Source: Octopus vulgaris
Taxonomy: Eukaryota
Assembly: GCA_951406725.2 (NCBI GenBank)
Contig: OX597834.1
Span: forward strand, 16,058,001-16,122,000
Length of the DNA stretch: 64,000 nucleotides
Direction: 5' to 3'
Part shown: piece after piece, positions 1 to 13,357 of the stretch
Numbering within the stretch: position 1 is the stretch's first letter
Layout: each line of letters begins with the position of its first letter
Notes under the pieces: model-generated
Told to the model about the DNA's origin: nothing
What the model saw: the letters and a program-made list of their open reading frames with translations, nothing else
Databases searched by the model: none
Made by a program: the position numbers and the translations under genes

Positions 1-169
1 TCCTTGTTGAACCTTTGTGTTTATTCAAGGAATTATACTTGCAAAGTCGAATTACAGCAAAGAGAGAGACGCTTTCAGATACAGACTGTAGTGCATGTAG
101 GTATACATGTATGTCTAATATGTGAGTGTTTATGTAAGTTACGAAAATGTGTTTACATCTACTGTTATA

Positions 170-211
<42 letters not shown>

Positions 212-395
212 CTAAAATATATATATATAATTGCTGAAATTATATATATATATATATAATTTCAGCAAAACAATTTAGATTCAAAAGAATATGGTATTTA
301 ACTTAGATGCAGCAGAATTTTTTATGGTATTAACCATAAAATTACGTGGGGTGATTATAACCAAGAAGAAAGCAACAAGAATGGTTATATATATA

Positions 396-1297
396 TATAT
401 AAAACTGAGAATGTCTGTCTGTCTGTCTGTGTGTTTCCCTAAAACTTGAGAACTACACAACCAATTTCATTCAAATTTTACACATGTCTTACTTAGGGTC
501 CGGGGAGTGTCATGGGCAAAGAAAATGTTCAGTTTCTTGCCTAATATCATATCTTCTCCACTATTTCAGTATTACGTGTTAAAAGTGAAACAAAAACATT
601 TCTCTATTTTATGTCAGATACTTTCACTTGAACAATAAAAATTAGAGATAATAATAACAATTGAATTATATGTAGTAAGTAATAATTAAAATCAAACTAA
701 AGTATAAAATTAGCGTGCAGAAATGGAATAGTCTAGATGGATAATGAAAAATTAAATTAAAGAAAAGACTATTGTCTATAAAGTATACAATGTAGAGAAA
801 AAAGAAGATTTGAACACCTGGAGGAAAGCACCATCGAAAAGTGTCTTGGTGCAACTATGAAAGATATCTAACCAGAGGCGGTAAATTCTCCACAATAGAA
901 GCAAGGTTCGAGTCAACGGAGCGTGCAAGGGAGTACTCGCCTCGAACTTGCAAAGTGGAAATATTTTATTTTCGCCTTTATATCTGGGACATAGGATGTC
1001 CCAGATAAAAATTTAAAATGTCCCCCCAGAAGTAGAGGTAGGCTGGATTGCAGCCACACTTCTATACAAGAGGGAGGACAAGATACAATTGATCAAAATT
1101 GCAAGAGACGGGCTTACAATTCCAGTCTGTTATATATTTTGAGTATTGTTATCACCAGCGATATCAAGATATAACTTTGTATTTTGTATTTTATGTGTAG
1201 ATGCATATATATAGATGTACATGTAATATGTACACATATATATACACATATATACATGCACTAGCACTATGACAGGCAACGACGGGTCATAATGTTA

Positions 1298-1299
<2 letters not shown>
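396..1299 (+). mobile_element. Non-autonomous Helitron/Helentron-like element
   Basis: 5' region with (GTCT)n followed by ccaatttcattcaaatttt; 3' hairpin gacaggcaacgacgggtc just upstream of a TTAGT/CTAGT-like end; same architecture as 12806-13188. Confidence 0.5.
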
Positions 1300-1330
<31 letters not shown>

Positions 1331-1420
1331 GTACAGTTCCATGATGGTAAAATCAACAAAAACAGGACTTTAGCTGGTGAGAGATAAGTATTATTTAATA
1401 AACACAGTATATGTTTTTAT

Positions 1421-1501
1421 GTGCTACAATTAGTTTCATGTGATGGGAGCATGCTAGACAGTATTTTTAATGTGAGGTATCTCAGCACAATCTTCAGGCA
1501 C
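1421..1501 (-). ncRNA. Minimal type-I hammerhead ribozyme motif (Penelope-like relic)
   Basis: Minus strand GTGC-CTGAAGA-ttgtg...cacat-GAAA-C-taatt-G-TA-GCAC; stem I 4 bp; stem II has a closing U-U mismatch. Confidence 0.55.
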
Positions 1502-2335
1502 TGCCCACATGGTATAACAAACTAAAAAAAATTAGTTTGATATTCATCATCATCATCACCATATAATGTCTTGGCACCCTACTAGCACGGGCACAAGTGC
1601 CAGTAAGGCAACGCTGGTAACGACCATGCTCGAATGGTGCCCTTTAAGTGCCACTGGCACAGAAGCCGGTTATCCGCTCTGTCAATGATCACGCTCATAT
1701 GGTGCTCTTTGCAGCCAGCTAACACGGACACCAGTCATCGAATTTAATTTTGATTTTGATTTTGCTTTTGATTGATTGATTTCACTTGCCTCAACAGGTC
1801 TTTGCAACCAGAATTTTAGTGCCCAAAGAAGGAAAAGGTACACATAAGTGGGCTGGTTACACACCTGCCATAGGCCATGAGATTATGGTTTCATTTGGCT
1901 TGCCGGGTCTTATACATACACACACACTTTGTCGACACACACACATATATACATACACAAACAGGTAAACAGACATGTATTTATATATATATATACACAC
2001 ACATACCCACACACCACACACGCAAGCATGTTTGTATGTGTGCATGCATTCTTTTATTTTTTTATATGTTTCAGCCTTGAAGCTTTGACCATGCTGGGGC
2101 ACTACTAGTGCATATGTGTGCATATATATATATATATACAAGGAAGCACATAAATGCAAAACAAGGTGGAAAAAATAGTACTTGAATACCAAAGGTAGAG
2201 TATTGTCCTTTTAATGAAAGTATACCCCACCAATACACACTTATATACATGTATAGATAGGCACAATCACACATATTCATACACTTACATAGACACATGC
2301 ATTTTTCTGATGACAAAAAAAATCAAGTAGAAACT

Positions 2336-2410
<75 letters not shown>

Positions 2411-2545
2411 CAGCAGCAGCAGCTGCAACAGTATAGAAAGGAAGGTGCTTGCAGTTAAGATGGATTTTTAGTTTCATTTTGAAGAATTGTCTTATTGATT
2501 TTTACCAGATACTAATAGCTCTATACAAGTTTAGTTGGTTCTTCA

Positions 2546-2594
<49 letters not shown>

Positions 2595-3536
2595 GTCGCT
2601 GTTGTTTGTCTCCTTGATTTTACCGGCTAGTTTAAAGGAAACAAAGTTTGTTTTTTTTCTTTTTATCAGAGTTTGCGTTAAATAAGTCTTAGATTGCTGC
2701 TGATAACAACTGCAGGTACTTAAAATGGTGAATTTGGGGGGTTTTGTAAATTGAGTGGAAAGAGCTGGAAGCAAAAGAGGAGCAGTGGGGGGGGGGGGGT
2801 CGAGGAAGAGGAAGAAAGAAAGGAAAAGGGAAAAAAAGGAAGGAAAGATAGAAGAGAAAAGAAAGAAAAATTTATCGATTGTTTTCTTTCTTTCTTTTCC
2901 TTTTTGTTTTTTTTTTTATCTTTTAGTTTTTGTTTGTCTTGAAAAGTCCAGACGTTGCTCTCTCTCTCATTGCACAGACAGACACGGAGGCACGCATATA
3001 GAGTTAGACAGACAGACAGACAGATACATATACATACAGAGAGAGACAGACAGACAGAGAGACGGACTGACAGACAGACTGACAGACATAAACACAATCA
3101 GAGGCAAAAAGAACTGACATAAGCAGAATCATGTGCAGATACTACAGGAAATAAAATTAAAACTATTATTATGATTATTATTATCATTATTATTATCATC
3201 ATCATTATTATTATTATTATTGCAATGAGGTGTCAGAATTGTTAGCATGCTGGGCAATATGCTTAGCGGTATTTCGCCCATCATTATATTCTGGGTTCAA
3301 GTTCCACCAAGATCACCTTTGCCCTTCATTCTTTTGGGGTTGATAAATTAAGTACCAGTTGCGTACTGGGGTTGATCTAATTGATTGCCCCCCACCCACC
3401 ACAAAAATTTCAGGCTTTGTACCTAGAGTAGAAAAGATTATTAGTAATATTACTATTTCGTCTGTGTTTACATTCTGAGTTCAGATTCCACCGAGGTCGA
3501 CTTTGCCTTTCATCCTTTCAGGGTCAATACATTAAA

Positions 3537-3957
3537 TACCTATTTCTTTACTACCCACAAGGGGCTAAACACAGAGAGGACAAGCAAGGACAGACAAACG
3601 GATTAAGCCAATTATATCGACCCCAGTGCGTAACAGGTACTTATTTAATTGACCCTGAAAGGATGAAGGGCAAAGTCGACCTCGGCGGAATTTGAACTCA
3701 GAACGTAGCAGCAGACAAAATATCTATTTCTTTACTACCCACAAGGGGCTAAACACAGAGAGGACAAGCAAGGACAGACAAACTGATTAAGCTGATTATA
3801 TCGACCCCAGTGCGTAACTGGTACTTATTTAATCGAACCCGAAAGGATGAAAGGCAAAGTCGACCTCGGTGGAATTTGAACTCAGAACATAGCGGCAGAC
3901 GAAATACGGCTACGCATTTCGCCCGGCGTGCTAACGTTTCTGCCAGCTCACCGCCTT
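3537..3957 (-). mobile_element. tRNA-headed Meta-domain-like SINE dimer nested in an older + strand copy of a related SINE (3455-4035)
   Basis: Core gtcgactttgcctttcatcctttcggggtcgat twice, head once; diverged TSD aatacattaaatacc/aataaattagatacc. Confidence 0.8.
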
Positions 3958-5537
3958 ATATTAATAAATTAGATACCAGTTACATACTGGGGTTGATCTA
4001 ATCGGCTGGACCCCCTTCCCACAAAATTTCAGTAGGAAAGAATATTTCATGTCCACATTTGAAGATTATATTTCGTGGCCCCTATTTTGAGATGTGACAA
4101 ATTTTGAATGGAAAGAATACCTTTTAATGCCCCAGTAACCTACTCTCTCTTTCTCTGCCCCAGTCCCTGCCCTTTATTTTCCTGGGAGGCTGATGCCCCT
4201 CACCCAACACATCATTACCCACTTCACTGATTTCTTTCTTTCTTTCTTTCTTTCCTCCAGCTTCCACCCATCCCCCACATGCATTCCCAGAAGACTTTAA
4301 AATTATGCAGCAGCAAACATCATCCGCACATTTCATATTTTCTTTTCTTAAAAGTAAACAATAAAATAAAATTGACACGTTCCCCTCTGAATAAAATCTA
4401 CAAAAATCGAATTACTCCAACATAACTTAAGAATATTATTTACCAGAAAAAAATAAACAATTACAAAAGACTGCAGGTGGTATTTTTCGGTAAAAGAGAA
4501 AATGTTTAGCATAGAATAAGTAATTTTATTTTGTATTTTTTCTAAAGAAATTGTCTAAAGAATGATGACAATACACAGAAAAAACAAGTTAATACTCAAA
4601 TATATCAATATCTGGTTTCTTTACTAATGCAAGAACAAAAACACAATGAACAATTTCTTGTTTCTTTTCTTCTTTTTTTTTTTCTTTGCTCAAGTGTCTT
4701 CCAGTATATAAACATCACTTGAGTCTGAATCAACATTCCTGGACATCGCAATAAAATGCTAGTGAATGACAAAATATCAGAGGCACAAAAGAAATTGATA
4801 AAAACCAAAGGTTAATAATATGTACACATTGTTGCACACCGCACGTGACCATGTGTTTAAGAAGTCTAATTTGAAATCTTGTGTTTCCAGGTATGGTCCC
4901 CCAGTCTTGGCACTGTGGCAAAATGCCTTCTAACATAACTTATTGTACAGGCTTCGTGAGTGAAGCTCATCTTCATCAAGCAGTGGTTGTTACTGTCTCG
5001 AGTGCTAAGACTAACAAGACTGGAAACCCAGTTTCCATCGCATAAATATGACTCAAATCAGAACATTCCCCCTGAACAGGATGCTAATCCATTGCTGAGT
5101 CAACTGGAATAATGTGAAATAAAGTGTTTTTCTAAAGAATACAATGCACTGCCTGGTCCAGGAATTGAAACCATGATCTTTAGACCGTGAGTGCAACACC
5201 CTAACCACTAAGCTACATGATGAATATAGCTCCAGGGTCCTCCACTGTCTGATGCGCTTGGTCTCCCAGTGGGGCATGTGTAAAATTTACAAGCTGGATA
5301 TTTGGGCCTCAGACAGATGCATTACTTTGCCTGCTAGAATGCCGAGATGTTGGGCAGCCTCAACAGCAGGTGTCTGTCAGATGTGGTCAGCATTCATGAC
5401 GGACGTAGTGAACTCGTTGTTCAGAGCCAGCTCAACCCATTCCAGATGAATGCCACCACAAATACAAATGACTAGAAATATGCCTAGGGAATGAAACTGG
5501 AGATGTGGAAACACTGCAGAAGACAATCAGATGGCCA

Positions 5538-6140
5538 GTACATGTTCTTGGGTCATAGACGTAATGTTTCACCTGATTTAAATGCTACACCTGACTTTTA
5601 CATACCACCAACTCTGCAGAAGACCATTGGATAGCTAGTACATGTTCTTGGGTCATAGACGTAATGTTTCACCTGATTTAAATGCTACACCTGACTTTTA
5701 CATACCATCAACTCTGCAGAAGACCATTGGATAGCTAGTACATGTTCTTGGGTCATAGACGTAATGTTTCACCTGATTTAAATGCTACACCTGACTTTTA
5801 CATACCATCAACTCTGCAGAAGACCATTGGATAGCTAGTACATGTTCTTGGGTCATAGACGTAATGTTTCACCTGATTTAAATGCTACACCTGACTTTTA
5901 CATACCATCAACTCTGCAGAAGACCATTGGATAGCTAGTACATGTTCTTGGGTCATAGACGTAATGTTTCACCTGATTTAAATGCTACACCTGACTTTTA
6001 CATACCATCAACTCTGCAGAAGACCATTGGATAGCTAGTACATGTTCTTGGGTCATGGACGTAATGTTTCACCTGATTTAAATGCTACACCTGACTTTTA
6101 CATACCGTCAACTCTGCAGATGACCATTGGATGGCTTGTA
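5538..6140. repeat. Tandem repeat, 100-bp unit x6
   Basis: catgttcttgggtcat starts at 5541, 5641, 5741, 5841, 5941 and 6041; internal copies are identical. Confidence 0.97.
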
Positions 6141-6304
6141 CTGGATTTTTGGTGGTAGACTTAATACCTCACTTAATTTAACCCCTCCACACACCCCACT
6201 CCAAGTGCTTTTAATAGGATTTGTTCTACAGCAAGCATTCAGGCCAACCAAGTCTTCAGTCAGAGGGTGAGCTCAATAACATTGATATATTGCTTCCTAT
6301 AAAT

Positions 6305-6910
6305 GAGGTCTTTCACCTGCGCTGCCTCCAGAAAATCCTTCGCATAAAATGGCAGAATCATGTCCCCAACAAAGATGTCCTCAAGCAAGCAGGAATACCA
6401 AGCATGTTTGCACTCCTAACACAAAGACGTATGAGATGGCTTGGGCATGTTAGCCGTATGAAAGATGGCAGAATCCCCAAGGACATACTCTACGGAGAGC
6501 TTGCTAGGAGTACTAGGTCTGTGGGAAGACCGTTCTTACGTTACAAGGATGTTTGCAAAAGGGACATGAAGGCCTGCAACATCAATATTAGCAATTGGGA
6601 AGCAGTTGCCAGCAACCGTGGAGATTGGCAACGTACCGTAAAAGAGGGAACACAAAGGAGTGACAGAGAGAGAGAGAGAGAGAAAGGAGAAATGGAAAGA
6701 CAAGAAAAGACGTCAACAAGAAACTATGACATTACAACCAGCCAGGAACAGTCTTCGCTACATTTGCGGCACCTGCCAGAGGGAGTGTTTGTCCAGGATA
6801 GGAAGGACTACACAGCCACTGCAGGAAATGTATCAGGACATGAAATGTAAAAGCCAGACTAGATTATTTTATGCGCAACTCCATTGTCTCCCGAGACAGA
6901 AAGGATGTGG
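6305..6910 (+). mobile_element. 5'-truncated RTE (BovB-like) LINE, ORF C-terminus and 3' UTR
   Basis: FHLRCLQKILRIKWQNHVPN...RRMRWLGHVSRM..GRIPKDILYGEL...GRPFLRYKD; after a (GA)n frameshift, Zn-finger-like CGTCQRECLSRIG. Confidence 0.92.
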
Positions 6911-7433
6911 AAATATAACAACATATATACTGTAAGGGACATATAACTATTATTTCTAGCAGATCAAGTGACTATGTTTCCTCATTATCTCATCATAGCC
7001 TTTGTTAAAGAAAAGAAAAGAAAAAAAAAAAATCAAAGATGACTTATTTCTTTCTCCATCATTAAACAGACAGACAGTAATATGTTAATCTAACCCCTAC
7101 AGAACTGATTAAATATGGGTCCCTGGTGCTAGACTAATTCTCAACACAACACAGACATTTCACGTGTACTACACAAAACATACATACATTCATATTACTT
7201 TGCTTAACTCATTTTGGAATTCATAACCAAATTTTTCATCCTCATCATCATCATCATCATCATCATTGATATTATATAATCAATCACCATCATCATCATC
7301 ATCATCATCATGTTCTCCTACTTTCTGTTTTTACTATTATTATCTTTCCAGTTTCATGACATTCCAAAATCCAATTTATTCGCAAGAACAGATAAAGTTT
7401 CAAAACATAAAAATAATAATAATAACAATAATG

Positions 7434-7491
<58 letters not shown>

Positions 7492-7827
7492 TACAAAAAT
7501 TTTCAAAAAAAAAAAAAAAGAACAACTCTGAGGTTTAGTTAAAAGTGAATTTTCTTCCTTTCATTTTTTTATTTTTCCTTCTATTTTATTTCTTATTTTT
7601 GTTATTTTTTTTTTTCCAATTTTTCTTTTTTTTTTCTTCCTAACTTCTTCGACTCCCCACTTCCACCTGCCGCCACCACAACCGACCAAGAAATTGAATT
7701 TTATCATAACTAATAGCACTTTTCTTACGATGGTAATATACCTAATTTGTTTAATTTTATTTTTTACTTGTTTATTGGTTTGTTTGTTTATTTGTTTGTT
7801 TCCACTTTCCCCACATTATCTTTCAAC

Positions 7828-7859
<32 letters not shown>

Positions 7860-8001
7860 CTACATACATCCATCCATCCACATACATAAATATGTGTGTG
7901 TGTGTACAAACACACACATATATGTATGTATGAATTTATACACACACGCACACATATCTGTGCATATATATACATACATACACACACACACATATCTATG
8001 C

Positions 8002-8038
<37 letters not shown>

Positions 8039-8083
8039 TCTGTGCATATATATATATATACATACATACATACACACACATAC

Positions 8084-8132
<49 letters not shown>

Positions 8133-8422
8133 TATACACATATACACACACATACATATATACATATACATACACACATATATATATACACACACACATA
8201 CACATCTGATCTACCTGAAGAAATTTAGAATTTAAGTCTTCCCCTTCTCCCTCCTCTCTCACTCTCTCGGTCCTCTCACACCACTACCCAAGAGAGAGAT
8301 AGAGTGAGTGAGAGACAGAGAGTGTATGAAAGACAGAGACAAAGAAAGAGAGAAAGACAGACAGTGTGTATATGCGAAAGAGAGAGAGAGAGAGAAAAAC
8401 AAACAGAGAGAGGGGCGTGAGG

Positions 8423-8527
8423 GAGACAGAGGCATTGTATGTATGCGTGTGAGTGAGACAGAGGCATTGTATGTATGCGTGTGAGTGAGACAGAGGCATT
8501 GTATGTATGCGTGTGAGTGAGACAGAG
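8423..8527. repeat. 32-bp minisatellite x3 within a GA/GT microsatellite field
   Basis: gagacagaggcattgtatgtatgcgtgtgagt occurs three times in tandem. Confidence 0.85.
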
Positions 8528-8533
8528 ACAGCA

Positions 8534-8566
<33 letters not shown>

Positions 8567-9039
8567 CGGACAGACAGAGATAGGCAAAGAAAGAGTGTGT
8601 CTGTGAGACAAACACAGAATGCGTGTGAGAGAGAGAGCATATGCAAGAGAGGAAGAGAGAGAGAGAGAGAGAGACAAAGAATGTGTGTGTGTGTGCATAT
8701 GGAGAAGTGGAGGTGGTCGTGGTGGTGATGGTGGTGGGGTGGCTGAGATTATTTATCTCCTATAATCAAATTTTATGAGTGCTGATTTTAATGTCAGTTA
8801 AATACGAAATGAATACATATCAGACAAACATCTAGATGAGAAACACTAGAGACCGGCGATAACTTAGCAGATACCAAATGCAATAAGCAATACTGTGGAA
8901 CAGGCTTTAACTCTTAGACACATCTCGTTTCTTCTCTTTCTTACCATCTTCCTTTGTTATTTTGTTCGCTCAGACAAGCTGTGCATTTAGCTTACGCAGC
9001 AAAATATTTATTAGTATTACTATTTTTATTATTATTATT

Positions 9040-9070
<31 letters not shown>

Positions 9071-9077
9071 CTACTGA

Positions 9078-9450
9078 GAATCAGAATCAAAATCGAAATC
9101 GATCAACATCAATGGAAATTGTAGCTATGATACCAGTGCCGGTGGCACGTAAAAAGCACCATCCGATCGTGGCCGTTGCCAGCCTCGCCTGGCCCCCATG
9201 TCAGTGGCACGTAAAAAGCACCATCCGATTTTGGCCGTTGCCAGCCCCCGTCTGCACCTGTGCCAGTGGCACGTAAAAAGCACCCACTACACTCATGGAG
9301 TGGTTGGTGTTAGGAAGGGCATCCAGCCGTAGAAACATTGCCAGATCAGACTGGGTCTGGTGCAGCCTTCTGGCTTCCCAGACCCCAGTTGAACCATCCA
9401 ACCCATGCTAGCATGGAAAGCAGACGCTAAATGATGATGATGATGGTGAT
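9078..9450 (+). mobile_element. SINE-like element with internal ~60-67-bp repeats and (GAT)n tail (family copy)
   Basis: Conserved tggttggcgttaggaagggcatccagc block; ends in a cccatgctagcatgg hairpin plus (atg)n; more than 10 copies in the window. Confidence 0.8.
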
Positions 9451-9647
9451 TACTATTATTATTATTATTATCATTATTATTATTATTGTTATTTTCAATG
9501 CACCACAGACATGAGAACAGGAGAAATTGTTCCAAGTTCACTTCTTGTGAAATGGATGAGTGGACAGAGTTTCAGAATACTTGTCTGTGTGTTCAAAGTT
9601 CAAGTAAACTCCACTGCTTGGTATTTGAGGAGTTTAGTAACAGAGTG

Positions 9648-9715
9648 TCATAAGCGCCATCCCCCGGCCATTTTCGAGGTTAGTATATCATTTTCTTTGT
9701 CTCGACGTCTAGAAT
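9648..9715 (-). CDS. Candidate alternative terminal exon (DSRRRDKENDILTSKMAGGWRL*)
   Basis: Strong T-rich acceptor ending ttttcAG; phase-1 reading open to TGA 9648-9650; compatible with the exon B donor. Confidence 0.4.
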
Positions 9716-9775
9716 CTGAAAAAAATTGCGAAGAAGAACCGACGTTTGTCTGACATGTATTCATTTCGTATGTAA

Positions 9776-9996
9776 CCCTTTTGTTACCAACCCGGCCAAA
9801 AACGGCTCTGGCTCAGTAGTACAAATATCTTGTTTTCATAAGTTTTGCATTAAAATATTCCACCAAACCTTAGTCACAATTTATGTTCCTAACACTAGCT
9901 GAATGATAACTAAGTTACTTTACTATATTCTTTGTTATATTTAAAATAATTGAAAGAAACACAGAGCATCTCAAAATAAATACAGTAACAAAAGGG
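9776..9996. mobile_element. piggyBac-like MITE
   Basis: TIRs CCCTTTTGTTAC / GTAACAAAAGGG, flanked by gtaa and TTAA. Confidence 0.75.
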
Positions 9997-10060
9997 TTAA
10001 GGTCGAAAATCTGGCTGGAAAATATTGGACCTTGACACTATTGACATGATGCTTACTCAC

Positions 10061-10109
10061 CCAAACTCAGACCAGAGAGTTTAGTAACAGACCATCGTAT
10101 GCACATGCA
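10061..10109 (-). CDS. Candidate small exon (CMCIRWSVTKLSGLSL)
   Basis: Consensus donor TGG|GTGAGT and acceptor ttattgatttAG; phase 0 to 1 fits the 9715 acceptor; no confident upstream partner. Confidence 0.25.
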
Positions 10110-10739
10110 CTAAATCAATAACTTTGGTATGGTCCTTGTATCAATTTTCAAGGTGTTATGGCTAATTTTTCAATATTCCTCGTTACCATCGTAATGATAA
10201 TGGGCTATTATCTTACTATCTTGTCTTCCTTATCTCTTAAAGATATTCACCTTGGTATATTAAAACATAAACGATACCTTTGTGGGAGGGTCTCTGTATG
10301 TTTTTGCTAACTATTATGGCTAAAATATGCAATGTGATACACTGTTTCGTAGAACTGATATATTCTACAAAATGAGAAAGATATAAGTCATTGTTCCATC
10401 TTTCAGATGCATACATAAATAAATAATTTTACATAGGTGGAATGATTAGAAGAGGTGTTCATGGTCGTTTTAAGACAAAAATCAGCTTCCTAACTTGTTT
10501 CAGTCATTTGACTGCAGCCATGCTGGAGCACCGCCTTTACTATTTAGCATTCAGATATCCTTGTCAAATGTGTTGCTTATTTATTCACATTGTTTCGAAT
10601 CTAATCATGTATAATCTTGTAGCCTCGAGATTTCAATATCAGCTTTCTATATTTTTAGAATGACATTGTAGGATAGGTGTAAGTGGTTGGATCTGGTTAG
10701 TTTCAACATGAAACAGGTAGAATATTTGGGCCAGATAGG

Positions 10740-11085
10740 TTGAGGGTGACCCCCTTCGGTCATGAATGACCATGGGATTGCACCTAGAAAGTTACTCCTC
10801 TGAGGCACAAGTTCAGGCAAGGTTGTTCATGAAAGACCAGCAGTCACCCATGCATACCAGCCTCCCCTCTCCATGCCACCGATGTTATCCAAAGGAAAGG
10901 GCAAAGGGGCCAATACAGCTTGGCACCTGTGACATCACAACTCATTTCTATGGCTGAGTGAACTGGACAAACATGAAATAAAGTGTCTGGAGCCAGAACA
11001 CAAGACACAGCCCAGTCCAAGAATCGAACTCACAACCTCGCAATCATGAGCTCAATGTTCTAACCACTGAGCCATGTACCTTCAC
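10740..11085 (-). mobile_element. tRNA-derived SINE (V-domain-like); inverted relative to the copy at 17110-17450
   Basis: Reverse complement shows A/B boxes (tggctcagtggttag; gagttcgattct) and aligns along its length with 17110-17450. Confidence 0.7.
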
Positions 11086-12119
11086 TTGGGCCCAATATGA
11101 CCAGATTAAATGCCATGAATTTACAGTAAAATCACGCATAGTCAGGATGCACGGAGATCCACTGTTGCTGGTCTACCAAGCCATATGCTCAAATGGAAGA
11201 CAAGACAAAAAGCAAAACAAAGTAAATACCACCATAATGAAGATGATGACAGGAAGGATGACGATGATGATGATGACGACAATAAAGACAATTATGATAA
11301 AATGATGATGAAAACAGTAAGCATGACAATGATAACGAAGATGATGATGATGATGAGGGTAGTGACAATGGTGATGATGAAAAGAATGATAAAGATGATG
11401 ATGATGATGATGATAATGATGACAGTGATAATGATGATGATGATAATGATGACAGTGACAATGATGATAGCATATTATGTCATCACGGTGAATCAGTGAG
11501 ATATTGCAATTAATTTGGACAAAATTGGTCATTCGTATACAAAACGAATCTTTCAGTGTTTAATTTACTGTGAGAAGAATAATTATCATTATAACTATTA
11601 TTCACAAGATCGTTAGAACATTATTAAAAAAACTAAGCATCCTGCTACAGGTTTCATATTATCCTGAGTTCAAATCCTACCAAGTTTGACTGTTTTCTTT
11701 CCCTTCTAGGGTCAATAAAAATGTGTACCAGCCAAGTATAGGGGTAAGGAGTCCAATAAAATTGAACATACTTTCCTCACACAATGTGAGCCTGCGTAGC
11801 CAAGTACGACACCACCACCACCAGCACCATTATCATCATCATCATCAACATGGTGCCAGAATAGCTAGAGCACTGGGGGGGAAAAAAAGGTTTAATTGCA
11901 TTGGTTCCAGTTCCTCATGTTCTGATTTCAAACCTGCCAAGATCAACTTTGCTTTTTATCCCTCAGGGGCCAACAAAAAGCATCAAACAGATACTGGGGC
12001 GGGCTGCATTACTAACTTCTTCCCCTTAAAATTGTGCGCCTGCTGCCGAAATTTGAAACGGTTATAATTTTTATCATAACATTAAAAAAAAATCTCAGCT
12101 TTATTTTTTGCTGGGTATG

Positions 12120-12402
12120 ATGGAAATTGTCAGCTGCCCACAGCCAGCAGACTAAGGGGACACTTGTTTACTGGTCATGCTTCAAGAACCCTGCGAAGAA
12201 TTCTTGCAGTTCCAAGCCATGATGATCTTTGTAGGTGTTCTATTTTCACATTTATCCTAATCTTTTTGAGCCATGTTGGTAGTTGGGCACTGATACTTCC
12301 AGCCACGCCAATCACTATTGATATCACATCCAGTTTCTTCACTGCCCACAACCTGCATATTTCCCACTTCAGTTCATCATAGTTGTTCACTTTTTTCTTC
12401 AT
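12120..12402 (-). mobile_element. 3' fragment of an R4/Dong-like RLE non-LTR retrotransposon
   Basis: KKKVNNYDELKWEICRLW...ISIVIGVAGSIS...LQRSSWLGTARILRRVL, typical of the restriction-like endonuclease C-terminus. Confidence 0.8.
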
Positions 12403-12805
12403 GTGCCAAAATTTCAGGGAGTGACAACCCTGCCTGACACGAGTCCCGGGCTCAGCTGACTCCGGCTGATAGTACCCGGTATGGGCCCCCTATCCAGGGT
12501 TACAGAAAGGAGACAACCTTCAAAGAAATATGGAGTGGAGCCCAGTAGGCAGTTTAGTGCTTGACTCGACACTCTTCCGGCAGCTTCTGCAACCAAGCTG
12601 GTGCCAAACGTAATACTCTGCACTCCTTTGGGCTATGTCAGCAAGGTCGAGAGAGGAATCCTAACGACTGAACTATCCAGAATTTTCTTACATCTAGCCC
12701 AGACCTGCGCAAAACTTGTCATGACAAACTGTTTCATTTACTGCTAATAATAAACAATTATTAACATCCCAATCTCCATTTTCTTTCTCTTCTTTTATAT
12801 AAATA

Positions 12806-13188
12806 CTAGCAGTATCGCCCGGCGTTGCTCAGGTTTGTAAGGGAAATAACTATAAAGCATTTTTAGAGAGTTATAGCCAAAAAATAGCAAAAAAAATGGA
12901 AAAAAATTATGGTAAATTTTTTTTGAGAGTAAAAAAGGTGGAGTTGCGTCCCCTAGACAGTTTGCGGTTTGTGTTTCTGATTCTTGACCCCATGTCGAAT
13001 TTATCGATTTTTTTCAGAACTGGGGGAACTTTTCAAAATTTTCGCTGCGTTAGTTTTGAATTATGACATTGGGCTATGTGTGTGTCAAGTTTCATCAGAA
13101 TCGGTTGAAAGCCGTGGTCAGAGTGAGGGTACGAGAAAACAGACACACAGAAAACGCACAGACAAACTGCCGTTTATATAGAGAGAGA
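12806..13188 (-). mobile_element. Non-autonomous Helitron-like element
   Basis: Minus strand begins TC(TC)nTATATAAA and ends gagcaacgccgggcgatactgCTAG|T. Confidence 0.7.
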
Positions 13189-13304
13189 TATACATATAAC
13201 TATTCTTTTAAAGAAATTAATTCCCCCAAAATACTAGGTATTAAACCAGTATTCCTTTGGATGAAACCATCCCTTCACGAGGTTAACACAACCCCTAATC
13301 GAAA

Positions 13305-13355
<51 letters not shown>

Positions 13356-13357
<2 letters not shown>

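Noticed and set aside
11173-11532. His-rich and Met/Asp-rich ORFs
   Set aside because: Degenerate (GAT)n trinucleotide tract
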